Shown in pieces: positions 27,558 through 36,073 of a DNA stretch of 64,000 bases; position 1 is the stretch's first letter, and each line of letters starts with the position of its first letter. The notes under the pieces are model-generated. The model did not search any database. It was given only the letters and a program-made list of their open reading frames with translations, and was not told the origin of the DNA. This DNA is from an uncultured Thermoleophilia bacterium (GTDB lineage Bacteria > Actinomycetota > Thermoleophilia > Gaiellales > Gaiellaceae). The stretch covers positions 279,062-343,061 of the forward strand of contig CAVQCG010000001.1 of the NCBI GenBank assembly GCA_963710975.1. Reading direction: 5' to 3'. The translations under genes and the position numbers were made by a program.

Positions 27558-28103
27558 TTACGGCTTGTATTGCTGGACTATCCGGCGGACGGTATCGACG
27601 TGCACGGTGATCCATATTCCCGTCTCCAACGGCTCGAACAACTCGAGGCTGCTCTCGCCGTCGACGATCCCCGCCAGCTCGGAGACCGTGATCTGGGCCG
27701 GCGCCCAATCGCCCCCGTACTGACTGTAGGCCAGCGCCGTGACACGTGCGTTGTCCGGGACGAGGTAGGTCAGCAGCCGGTTGCCCTCCTCGATGACGTA
27801 GTTGTCATTCGGGACGGGCTGGCCCGGTTCGACCGCCCCGTCCTCGGCAGCGGCGGTGTTCGCCGTCACTCCCGAAAGAACCCAGGCTGGGTCGAACCGC
27901 ATCTCGTAATGGTCGTCCCTCGGGTGTCAGCGACTTGATGTGGCCGAACTGGACGTACAGGGCCGGTGGACCGAGGCCGGTCGCCGTGGCGGCGGCCGAT
28001 GTGACCGTCTTCGTCTCCGTAACCGTCTCGGTGCCGCCGCACCCCGCCGCGACGACGACACGAGAAGAAGGCCGGTGGTCAGACCGAAGACCCACCGCTG
28101 CAT
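27558..28103 (-). pseudogene. lipoprotein of unknown function, two apparent frameshifts
   Basis: Three frames are needed. MQRWVFGLTTGLLLV (ATG 28103) is followed by VVVAAGCGGTETVTE...YVQFGHIKSLTPE (lipobox), then DDHYEMRFDPAWVLSGVTAN...QQYKP (track ORF 27558..27902). Shifts lie near 28050-28064 and 27917-27919. Confidence 0.55.
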
Positions 28104-28178
28104 GCTCCGGAGTCTACGCCGCTCATCCAAGACCGCCGTTCAGTGCCGTGGATCGTCTGGGCATGCCGCTCGGGCGGG

Positions 28179-29589
28179 TCACGGGGAACCGGACGCGCCT
28201 TCGAGCCGGAGCGGGAGGCGGACTGTGAAGCGGGTGTCCCCCGGGCCCGACTCGACGGTCAACTCGCCGCGATGCTTGTTGACGATCCGCTGGGCGATGT
28301 CGAGACCGAGGCCGGTGCCCTTCCCGACCTCCTTGGTCGTGAAGAACGGCTCGAAGATGCGCGCCATGGCCTCTTCGGGGATCCCCGAGCCGTCGTCGGC
28401 GATCTCGACGACGACGCGATCGGCGTCGCGTCTCGAACTGAGCCTGATCGTCCCGCTCCCCTCGAGCGCATCGATCGCGTTGTCGATCAGGTTCGTCCAG
28501 AGCTGATTGAGCTCGGAGCCATAGCCCTCGATCCGGCGGTAGGCTCGGATCGAGATCCTGCTCGACGGTGATCGATCCCTGCTTCAGCTTGTGGCCGAGA
28601 ATCGTGAGGGTGCTGGCCAGGCCCTTGTTCACGTCGACGTCGCCCCTCGGCGCCTGATCCATGTAGGAGTACTGCTTCACCGCCTCGATCAGGGTCGAGA
28701 TCCTCGATGTCGCCTCGGACGCGGTCTCGATCAGGATCGGGGCCTGTGCGACGGCACTGAGCCAGCGGACGGCAGCCGGGAGCGTGGTCTCACCAACCTG
28801 TCCGACGAGCTCGTCGATCAAGGACTCGTCGACACCCGCAGGGATGAGCATCGCCGCCACCCAGGGCGCGTCCTCGACGCCGTGCGCCGTGAGCCGCGCC
28901 GCAAGCACCTCCTCACGATCGCTCGCCTCGAGCAGGTCGAGATCTCGCGCCGAAGCATGGTCGAGCCGCTGGCGCACCTCGAGCATTGCGTGCATCTGCT
29001 CGCGGGAGAGGCCGGCGAGCACGAGCTCGTCGAGCGCGGAGTCGTGCGCCCGAAGCACATCGCCGAGCTCTGTCACTGCGCGCCGGGCAGCGGCTGCGGG
29101 ATTGTTCAACTCGTGCGCCAGCCCTGCTGCGAGCCCCCCGAGGGCAACGAGCTTCTCGCGCTGGGCGGCGGCGGCGGCGGCGCCCTGAAAGCCCTGCATG
29201 AGCCGGGCGAAGACGCGGAAGACGACGCGCCGCACAGACTGCTCCTCGATCACGAGCCGGTGGAAGGCGTCGGGCTCGAGGCAGAACACCCGGGACGCCG
29301 TGACGGCCCGCGTCGAGGCGCCGTACGGCGTGTCGGCGAGGAGCGCGATGGCGCCGAGGTAGCCGCCGGCGACGTGCCGCTGCATGACCATCTCGCTGCC
29401 GCCCACCGATTTCGTCGACTCGAGCTCGCCCTCGAGCAGGAACATGAAGGACGTAGCGTGGTCGCCCTCGAGGAACAGCGTCTCACCCGGCGCGAAGCGT
29501 CGCTCGACCCCGGCCGCTTCGAGCTCGGTGAACCGTTCCTCGCCGACGTCGGCGAGCAGCTCGATGTCCCGGAGCGACTCGATGCTCAT
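28179..29589 (-). CDS. cyclic-nucleotide-binding-domain histidine kinase; apparent 1-nt insertion near 28534-28539
   Basis: ATG 29589 overlaps the upstream stop (ATGA). cNMP-like domain [25 protein letters not shown]..; H-box LAHELNNP. After ..DLDPSLP the N/G boxes ([47 protein letters not shown]) are in the frame of track ORF 28179..28367. Confidence 0.8.
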
Positions 29590-31220
29590 ATGCCGCGCAG
29601 GTACTGGTGGACGAACGCCACAGACATCGAGCCCTCCCCGACGGCCGACGCGACACGCTTTATCGATCCTTCGCGGACATCGCCTGCGACGAAGACGCCC
29701 GGAGCGCTCGTCTCGAGGAGGAAGGGCTCGCGCTCGAGCGGCCAGTCTGGCGTGATCGCGTCTCGACCGGAGAGCACGAACCCGGCGGGGGTGCGCGCGA
29801 CCGTGTCGCCCAGCCACTCGGTCTCCGGACGGGCGCCGATGAAGATGAACAGCCCCGCTGCGGGCAGCGTTTCGCGAACGCCTTGGCACTCGAGCGTGAC
29901 TGCCTCGAGGTGATCGTCACCCTGGGCCTCGACGACCCGGCTGTCGAGTCTGACCTCGATCGTCGGGATCGCCTCGATCTGGTCGATCAGGTACCGAGAC
30001 ATGCCGCGTTCCAGCGCGTCGGACCGGCACACGATCGTCACCCGGGCTGCAAATCGGCTGAAGAACACGGCAGCCTGGCCTGCCGAGTTGGCCCCGCCGA
30101 CGACGAACACGTCATGACCCGACATGGCCTGTGCCTCGCTCGCCGCGACTCCGTAGTAGACCCCCGCGCCCGTGAGCCTGTCGATTCCGGGCGCCTCGAG
30201 TCGCCGGTAGGAGACACCTGGCGCGATGACGACGGCGTGGCAGGCGACCTCCCCGCCGTCGCCGAGCCGGATGACGTGAAGCCGCTCGCGAGCCTCGAGC
30301 CCGACCGCCTGCCGGGTCGTCAGCATCTCGGCCCCGAGCCGCCGCGCCTGGGCCGTCGCGCGCCGCGCGAGGTCGCCGCCGCTGAGACCGACCGGGAAGC
30401 CGAGGTAGTTCTCTATCCGGGAGCTCTGGCCGGCCTGACCGCCGGGAGCCTCGTGCTCGACGAGCAGGGTTCGCAGACCCTCCGACGCGCCGTAGACGGC
30501 CGCGGCAAGACCCGCCGGGCCGCCTCCGACGATGGCGAGATCGTAGAGGTCGAGCTCCGCCTGCGTACGCAAACCGATGCGTTCGGCAACGGCCTGCGGG
30601 CTCGGGCTGGAGAGAACCGTGCCGTCGGGAAACGCGACGATCGGCAGCACCCCTGGCTCGGCGGCTTCCAGCATCGCTGCCGCATCCCGGTCCGACGCAT
30701 CGAGCCAGCGGTACGGCACGAGATTGCGGGCCAGGAAATCACGCAGGCGATGGGAGTCGGGAGACCAGCGATGGCCGACTACGGTCACGCCGGTGAACGG
30801 CTGGACCTGCGACGACTGCCAGGCTGCGAGCAGATCGTCGAGCACCGGATAGAGATGCTCGTCGGGTGGATCCCACGGCTTGAGGAGATAGTGATCGAGG
30901 CCGACATCGTTGATGGCCCGGATCGCCACGTCCGTGTCGGCATAGGCGGTCAGGAGCACCCGCTTGGCATCCGGCGCGATCTCTCGCAGGCGAGCAAGCA
31001 GCTCGACCCCGCTCATCTCGGGCATCCTCTGGTCGGAGATCACGAGCGCAACTTCCTCGCCCCGGCCGAGGATCCGCTCCACGAGGCCGAGGGCGCCGGC
31101 TCCCGACTCGGCCCGAAGGACCCGGTAGGCGTCGGCGTAGTGACGGAGGAGGTCGCGCTCGACCGAACGGGCCACGATCGGCTCGTCATCCACCGCGATC
31201 ACCACCGCCCGAGCCACCAC
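29586..31220 (-). CDS. response-regulator receiver fused to a thioredoxin-reductase-like FAD/NAD(P) oxidoreductase domain
   Basis: 544 aa. Receiver VIAVDDEP..LVISDQRMPEMSG..LLKPW; then DLAIVGGGPAGLAAA..VVGGANSAGQAAVF..GVFVAGDV. Start is GTG 31220 or 31217 (AGGAGG upstream). Confidence 0.85.
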   Translation of the reverse strand: MVARAVVIAVDDEPIVARSVERDLLRHYADAYRVLRAESGAGALGLVERILGRGEEVALVISDQRMPEMSGVELLARLREIAPDAKRVLLTAYADTDVAIRAINDVGLDHYLLKPWDPPDEHLYPVLDDLLAAWQSSQVQPFTGVTVVGHRWSPDSHRLRDFLARNLVPYRWLDASDRDAAAMLEAAEPGVLPIVAFPDGTVLSSPSPQAVAERIGLRTQAELDLYDLAIVGGGPAGLAAAVYGASEGLRTLLVEHEAPGGQAGQSSRIENYLGFPVGLSGGDLARRATAQARRLGAEMLTTRQAVGLEARERLHVIRLGDGGEVACHAVVIAPGVSYRRLEAPGIDRLTGAGVYYGVAASEAQAMSGHDVFVVGGANSAGQAAVFFSRFAARVTIVCRSDALERGMSRYLIDQIEAIPTIEVRLDSRVVEAQGDDHLEAVTLECQGVRETLPAAGLFIFIGARPETEWLGDTVARTPAGFVLSGRDAITPDWPLEREPFLLETSAPGVFVAGDVREGSIKRVASAVGEGSMSVAFVHQYLRGI

Positions 31221-31396
31221 GTCCTCCTATCCGAGCGCCGCCCCGCCCGGCCGCGGGCGCGCACACTCAGCCTAGATCGAACCACCGCCCGCGCGTGGGC
31301 CTTGTGGGCGCCGAGGGAGTGATCAGCAGTTCTTGGCGTGGCCTGCAGCCATGTGGCCCGGGTACCGACGCGGCCGGCTACGGCGGGGGGTACCGC

Positions 31397-32209
31397 TCAC
31401 ACAGCGACCGTCACGCGCAGGAACGTTGCGGGAATGGAGGTGGCCTCCTTGCTCCCACTTGCGTTCTGGCCGTTGAAGAGGGCTTCCAGCTCGGCCTGCA
31501 GCTCGGCCTCGCGGCCGTTGGCGCCAGCGGCTGCGAAGGCGTTCATGGTCGGCCCGTAGTACGTCCTGAACTCCGTCACGAACTCCGACGGCGCGCCCGG
31601 GAAGTTGAACCAATACGTGTCCCGCTCGCACGAGATCCGCTCTTCCGGCACGCCCGCGCTCGCGAAGCGGTCGATCACGTTCTCCTCGATCCCCCACGTC
31701 ATCGGGCTGACGAATCCTTCCGGAGGCGGCGGCGAGTAGGCGGCGCTGATTCTCAGGATCTGGGCGACGAGCGTCGGGTCGTTGGGGATCCAGTTGCCCA
31801 TGACGATCCGACCGCCGGGCCGCGTCACGCGGACCATCTCCTTGGCCACGTCGAATGGCTTCGGAGCGAACATCGCTCCGAAGATGCTGACCACGAGGTC
31901 GAAGCTGTCGTCCTCGAGCTCGTTCAGATCGGACGCATCGCCTTCCTGGAACCTGCAGTTGGTGAGGCCGAGACTCTGCGCCCGTGCGTTGCCGGCCTCG
32001 ACAAGGTTCCTGGCGATGTCGACACCCAGCACATTCGCCCCGAGCTTCGCCGCCGGCAGCGCCGTGGTCCCGTCGCCGCAGCCGAGGTCAAGAACGTCCA
32101 GCCCCGCTGCGATTCCCAGTCCGTCGACGAGCGTCTCGCCACTCTCTCTCATGCTCGCAGCGATGCGAGTGAAATCGCCCTTTTCCCAGAGTTCCTTGTT
32201 CGGATTCAT
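31397..32209 (-). CDS. class I SAM-dependent methyltransferase
   Basis: From MNPNKELWEKGDF..; motif I VLDLGCGDGT; ..RPGGRIVM.. Confidence 0.8.
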   Translation of the reverse strand: MNPNKELWEKGDFTRIAASMRESGETLVDGLGIAAGLDVLDLGCGDGTTALPAAKLGANVLGVDIARNLVEAGNARAQSLGLTNCRFQEGDASDLNELEDDSFDLVVSIFGAMFAPKPFDVAKEMVRVTRPGGRIVMGNWIPNDPTLVAQILRISAAYSPPPPEGFVSPMTWGIEENVIDRFASAGVPEERISCERDTYWFNFPGAPSEFVTEFRTYYGPTMNAFAAAGANGREAELQAELEALFNGQNASGSKEATSIPATFLRVTVAV

Positions 32210-32244
32210 CGGGCTTGGCTCCTCTCGTGCTGTCCTCGGCGACT

Positions 32245-32280
32245 CATCGTTTCGGTTGCTGGGAAGCAACCGAAACGATG
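32245..32280. other. perfect 16-bp stem / GGGA tetraloop hairpin
   Basis: CATCGTTTCGGTTGCT-GGGA-AGCAACCGAAACGATG, just inside the island next to the distal tRNA repeat. Confidence 0.5.
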
Positions 32281-32315
32281 CCAGAGAACCTTAAGCGATC
32301 AGATCGCCCGGCCTG

Positions 32316-32362
32316 CCTTCTGAGCCGTTGGTCGCAGGTTCGAATCCTGCCAGGCGCATCAG
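32316..32362 (+). repeat. partial tRNA-Arg(TCT) copy (att-like direct repeat)
   Basis: CCTTCTgAGCCGTTGGTCGCAGGTTCGAATCCTGCCAGGCGCATCAG equals 26645-26691 apart from one A>G change. Confidence 0.85.
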
Positions 32363-32586
32363 CCGCTGGAGGAAGCGGTCGGCGCGAGTGAGTGAACGTT
32401 GATCGCCTCGGTACCCATTCCGCCCTCCCGCAGGTCGAACTCGACACGCTGTCCCTTGCTCAACATTGCCGTCGAATCACCCACGACGTTCCTCTGGTGC
32501 ACCCAGACGTCTTCCCCGATCGCATCGGGAGCAATGAACCCATACCCGCTCGTCGTGTTGAACGACTTGACGATGCCGCTTGCCAT
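32359..32586 (-). CDS. cold-shock-domain protein
   Basis: MASGIVKSFNTTSGYGFIAPDAIGEDVWVHQRNV...GQRVEFDLREG.. (RNP1-like GYGFI). The stop lies inside the tRNA repeat. Confidence 0.85.
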   Translation of the reverse strand: MASGIVKSFNTTSGYGFIAPDAIGEDVWVHQRNVVGDSTAMLSKGQRVEFDLREGGMGTEAINVHSLAPTASSSG

Positions 32587-32847
32587 CGAAATGCGCCTCC
32601 CTTCCCACTCTCGAGCGTCGACCTCGTCTGTGCCGGAATCGCAGACAGAGGGTCGTACCGCTCCTAGTCTCACCTTAGCAGCGCGTCCCCCGCCATCCGC
32701 AGAGCCCTCGTCAGAGATCGCAACACATGTGACGTGCTATCCTTCGGGGGTCAACGGGCCAAGGTTCTTTGGCCGCCAGCGCGCCCGAAGCGGCGCTCGT
32801 GACTGGACGACTGCTCTCGTTGAAGCACCCCACAGCGAGGAGTCCGC

Positions 32848-33102
32848 ATGTCCTGGAAAGGCCCGTTCGAGAACGAGATGAGAGCCCGGTCGGCCGGCTC
32901 GGCGCCAGGTTCCGTGTCGTTTCTCTGCGAGTGTCGGGAACCTGCATGCCACGCGCACATCACGTTGAGCGCAGCGGCGCTCCGACAGGTTCGGGCTCGA
33001 GCCGACCAGATCGTCGTCGCGCCGAGCCACCAGGGGCCGCAAGACCAGCTTGTCGAGTCGCACTCGCACTACTCCGTCATCCGGACCGCAGTGCGGCCAT
33101 GA
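32848..33102 (+). CDS. small Cys-containing hypothetical protein
   Basis: 84 aa. GGAG lies 5 nt upstream of the ATG. ..SFLCECREPACHAHITLS.. No family assigned. Confidence 0.5.
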   Translation: MSWKGPFENEMRARSAGSAPGSVSFLCECREPACHAHITLSAAALRQVRARADQIVVAPSHQGPQDQLVESHSHYSVIRTAVRP

Positions 33103-33371
33103 GCGTTGGCACCGTACGGGCACCAATCCAGGAGCTCACGATCCAGCAACTCGCCTGCCGCCAGCAATGCGCCCACGTCGCCATGCGCCGCCTGATGCAG
33201 GAGGAGCAAGCCCACGGGCACGTACGGATCGTCGGGGACGTCGTCTTCTCGACGCAACTCCTGGAGGAGCGGTTCGGGCCGGCGCTTCGAGGGATGCAGC
33301 CCGGCGCCGAAGACTCGCGGTCCGCGCGGCTGGCTCCTCGAACCGCGCACGGCGGTGCTCACCTTGGCTAG
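33099..33371 (+). CDS. hypothetical protein (weak call)
   Basis: The ATG overlaps the preceding stop (ATGA). GC3 is high by eye, but the antisense ORF 33069..33389 also has high GC3. Confidence 0.3.
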   Translation: MSVGTVRAPIQELTIQQLACRQQCAHVAMRRLMQEEQAHGHVRIVGDVVFSTQLLEERFGPALRGMQPGAEDSRSARLAPRTAHGGAHLG

Positions 33372-33418
33372 CCTCCGAACGCAACGCACCTACATATTCC
33401 GACTGAACTGGAGTTGAC

Positions 33419-33838
33419 ATGACCGATCCCAGCACCGAGATCACGCAACCAGGAGCCGACACGGCTGAGGGAACAACGAAGGTCACATATGAGAGCCTCT
33501 CCCAGTGGCACGGAACGATGCTGATCGATCGCGACGGGGAGAAGATCGGCAAGCTCGAGGACGTGTACGTCGACGTCGAGACCGACCAGCCGAAGTTCGG
33601 CACCGTCAAGGAAGGCCTCATCGGCCGCCACCTGACGTTCGTGCCGCTCGAGGGAATCAGCATCGGCCCCGACAACCTTCAGGTGCAGGTGCTGAAAGAC
33701 CAGGTCAAGTCGGCCCCGAACATCGAACCCCACGGCGACGAGCTCTCGCAAGAGGACGAGTCCGTCCTGTACCACCACTACCTGCTCAACTACACGCCGG
33801 CCGAGACCGAGAGCGGCCGCCGGCTCGCGCGGCGCTGA
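33419..33838 (+). CDS. PRC-barrel domain protein
   Basis: 139 aa, GGAG upstream. ..GTMLIDRDGEKIGKLEDVYVDVETDQPKFGTVKEGLIGRHLTFVPLEG.. Confidence 0.8.
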   Translation: MTDPSTEITQPGADTAEGTTKVTYESLSQWHGTMLIDRDGEKIGKLEDVYVDVETDQPKFGTVKEGLIGRHLTFVPLEGISIGPDNLQVQVLKDQVKSAPNIEPHGDELSQEDESVLYHHYLLNYTPAETESGRRLARR

Positions 33839-33850
33839 ACGGAAGGGAAC

Positions 33851-33872
33851 CCGGCGGCGCTTACCCCGCCGG
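33851..33872 (+). terminator. hairpin followed by a T-rich tail
   Basis: CCGGCGG-cgcttacc-CCGCCGG, then cctgatgttcttgttc, 13 nt after the PRC-barrel stop. Confidence 0.5.
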
Positions 33873-33901
33873 CCTGATGTTCTTGTTCAGCTGAGAGAGA
33901 G

Positions 33902-34267
33902 CTAGTCGCTCTTCCTGCCGCGGTCGGTCAGGTCGAGAACGCCTCGCAGGACCATGTTCACGGCCCAGATGATGATCGTGGCCGCGACCGCCGCTCCGAA
34001 GCTCGAGATCGAAAACCCTGCGACCAGCCAGCTCGTGATGTAGAGCATGAGCAGGTTGATGAAGAAGAGCGCGATTCCGACCGTCAGGAAGATCAGCGGA
34101 AGCGAGAAGAGCTTGACGATTGGCTTGACGAGAGTGTTGACGACTCCGAAGACTGCGCCCGCGATCAGGTAGACGCCGAATCGGTCGTCGACGTGGATGC
34201 CGCTGACGACGAGAGTGGCGACGAAGAACGCGACGACGTTGATCGCCCAGCTGAGAAGGAGCCTCAT
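33902..34267 (-). CDS. phage-holin-family-IV-like (PF04020-type) membrane protein
   Basis: From MRLLLSWAINVVAFFVATLVVSGIHV..FGVVNTLVKPIVKLFSLPLIFLTVGIALFFINLLMLYITSWLVAGF.. Confidence 0.8.
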   Translation of the reverse strand: MRLLLSWAINVVAFFVATLVVSGIHVDDRFGVYLIAGAVFGVVNTLVKPIVKLFSLPLIFLTVGIALFFINLLMLYITSWLVAGFSISSFGAAVAATIIIWAVNMVLRGVLDLTDRGRKSD

Positions 34268-34405
34268 CACCGACGTGACCCTAGCCGAGGCGTCCAACGA
34301 CCTTCAGCGTTCCCCCTGACAGCCGATCCGTGTTTCCCCCGATTCGACACCACGTCCCGGCACGCACGCTGGAGGGACACCAGACGTATCCCAGGAGGTG
34401 CCAGC

Positions 34406-34884
34406 GTGCCCCAGTCCCCAGTCCGTGCCATCCTCATGCTTCTCGCGGTGGCCTCGGCCGTATCGATCGTCGCAGCATGCGGCGGTTCCGATTCGAGTTC
34501 CAGCGCCACGACTGCTGCAGAAAGAGAGCACAGGGTCTGCGAGCAGCGGTGGAAGCACCGTGACGGTCACGATGGGCTCGCCCGACGAGTACGCGATGGT
34601 CCCTGACCCGACAGCGGTGAGCGGCCGGCTCGGTGACGTTCCACGTCGTCAACGACGGTGAAGATGCCGCACGAGATGGTCATCATCAAGACCGACAAGG
34701 GCGCCGCGAATCTCGGCGATGCGAACGGCGAGGCGGAAGAGGTTGGCGCGGTCGACGAGATCCGCTCGAACCGGGTGCAAGCGGTGACCTCACAGTCGAC
34801 CTGGCCGCAGGGAAGTACGCGCTCGTCTGCAACCTGCCCGGGCACTACGCCGCCGGCATGTACGCGGACTTCACCGTCAACTAG
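34406..34884 (+). pseudogene. cupredoxin (type-1 copper) lipoprotein with four apparent frameshifts
   Basis: GTG 34406 has GGAGG 7 nt upstream. The pieces lie in alternating frames: VPQSPVRAILMLLAVASAVSIVAACGGS.. | ..STVTVTMGSPDEYAMVPDPTAVSG | VTFHVVNDGE | MPHEMVIIKTDKGAANLGDANGEAEEVGAVDEI | LEPGASGDLTVDLAAGKYALVCNLPGHYAAGMYADFTVN*. Confidence 0.7.
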
Positions 34885-34903
34885 CGGCGCAGATCACGAC
34901 GGA

Positions 34904-34934
34904 TGCGGAGCGACCGGGAGACCGGCGCTCCGCA
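34904..34934. terminator. 9-bp stem hairpin between convergent genes
   Basis: TGCGGAGCG-(13 nt)-CGCTCCGCA, between the stops at 34884 and 34941. Confidence 0.45.
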
Positions 34935-34940
34935 GGCCGA

Positions 34941-36020
34941 TCAGAGAGGCCGATCGGGCGTCTCGTTCGCGAGGCGCTCCCGCCGTGCGGCGAGGTACTC
35001 CCGCAGAATGACCTGCAGCGCTCCGGCGATCGGAATCGCGCCCAGGGCGCCGACGATACCGGCAAGCTCGGCGCCGATCAGCACCGCCGACAGGACGACC
35101 AGCGGGGAGAGCTGGACGGTCCGGCCGTAGATCAACGGTTGCAAGACGTGGTTCTCGAACTGCTGGTACACGAGGAAGAACACCCCGACGATGAGGCCGA
35201 TCACCCACCCCTTGGTGATCGCGGCCACCGTGACGAGGATGACCGCGGCAATCGTGGCGCCGGCCAGCGGCACGAGGTCGAAGATGCCCGCGACGAGTGC
35301 GAGCGGCACCGAGTACGGCACCCCTGTCGCGAGCAGGATGATGAGCGCACCGATGAACGCGATCAGGCTGATGACCAGGTTTCCGGAGACGTAGCCGCCG
35401 ATCGTCTTGTAGATCCCGTGGGCCATCCGCTCCCAGCGCCCACGCGCCCGCTCCGGCAGGAGCTCGACGGCCGACCGGTGCAGGCGAGGCCCGTCGATCA
35501 ACATGAACAGGGTCAGGAACGAGATCGCCACGACGCCGACCACCGCCGCGACGACGCTCTGCGCGATCGAGAGAGCCGGGGTCGTGAGGCCGAGCACGCC
35601 ACCGACTCCGCGGCTGTTGAGCGCCTCGCGAACGCGTTCCACGATCTGGTAGTCGCGCTCGAGGAATCCGAGCGGTCCCTGACCGCGCGTGAGCTCCTGG
35701 ACGAGCCCCGGCACGGCATCGACGAAATCCGAGATCTGGCTGATCAGCGGCGGCAGCACGAGGTAGAGGAGCAAGCCGATCACGACGAACGCGAGCAGGT
35801 AGACGAGAATTGCGGCGAAGACCCGCCGCACGCCTCTCCGAACGAAGAACTCGACACCGGGGTTCAAGGCCATCGCCAGGAAGAGGGCGATGAAGATCCA
35901 GGTGATGACGCGCGAGGCTGCGTAGATCAGGAAGACGAGGAGGGCGACCAGAAGTGCCAGCCCGAGCACGCTGAGCACCGTGCGCGAGCGCACACGAACG
36001 ATCCGCTCGGGCGTCGCCAT
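34941..36020 (-). CDS. AI-2E family transporter (PerM-like)
   Basis: 359 aa, multi-TM. ..GGYVSGNLVISLIAFI...GIFDLVPLAGATIAAV... Confidence 0.85.
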   Translation of the reverse strand: MATPERIVRVRSRTVLSVLGLALLVALLVFLIYAASRVITWIFIALFLAMALNPGVEFFVRRGVRRVFAAILVYLLAFVVIGLLLYLVLPPLISQISDFVDAVPGLVQELTRGQGPLGFLERDYQIVERVREALNSRGVGGVLGLTTPALSIAQSVVAAVVGVVAISFLTLFMLIDGPRLHRSAVELLPERARGRWERMAHGIYKTIGGYVSGNLVISLIAFIGALIILLATGVPYSVPLALVAGIFDLVPLAGATIAAVILVTVAAITKGWVIGLIVGVFFLVYQQFENHVLQPLIYGRTVQLSPLVVLSAVLIGAELAGIVGALGAIPIAGALQVILREYLAARRERLANETPDRPL

Positions 36021-36073
36021 GAGAGCAGCATCGCGGACGCCCCGGACGGCGAAGGAACCGCTCGGAAGCCCGG

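Larger units (their letters stand above)
26688..32362. mobile_element. putative integrase-less genomic island at tRNA-Arg(TCT)
   Basis: Bounded by the intact tRNA and by a 47-nt direct repeat of its anticodon-loop-to-3' segment (26645-26691 = 32316-32362, 1 mismatch). Confidence 0.45.

Noticed and set aside
26597-27610. 337-aa plus-strand ORF spanning tRNA-Arg and the antisense of the SDR gene
   Set aside because: It starts inside a tRNA gene and runs antisense to a clear SDR. It is a shadow frame.
33069-33389. 105-aa minus-strand ORF
   Set aside because: It competes with the plus-strand ORF 33099..33371, which has ATGA coupling to its neighbour. Neither has a recognisable domain, so I kept only the plus-strand call, at low confidence.
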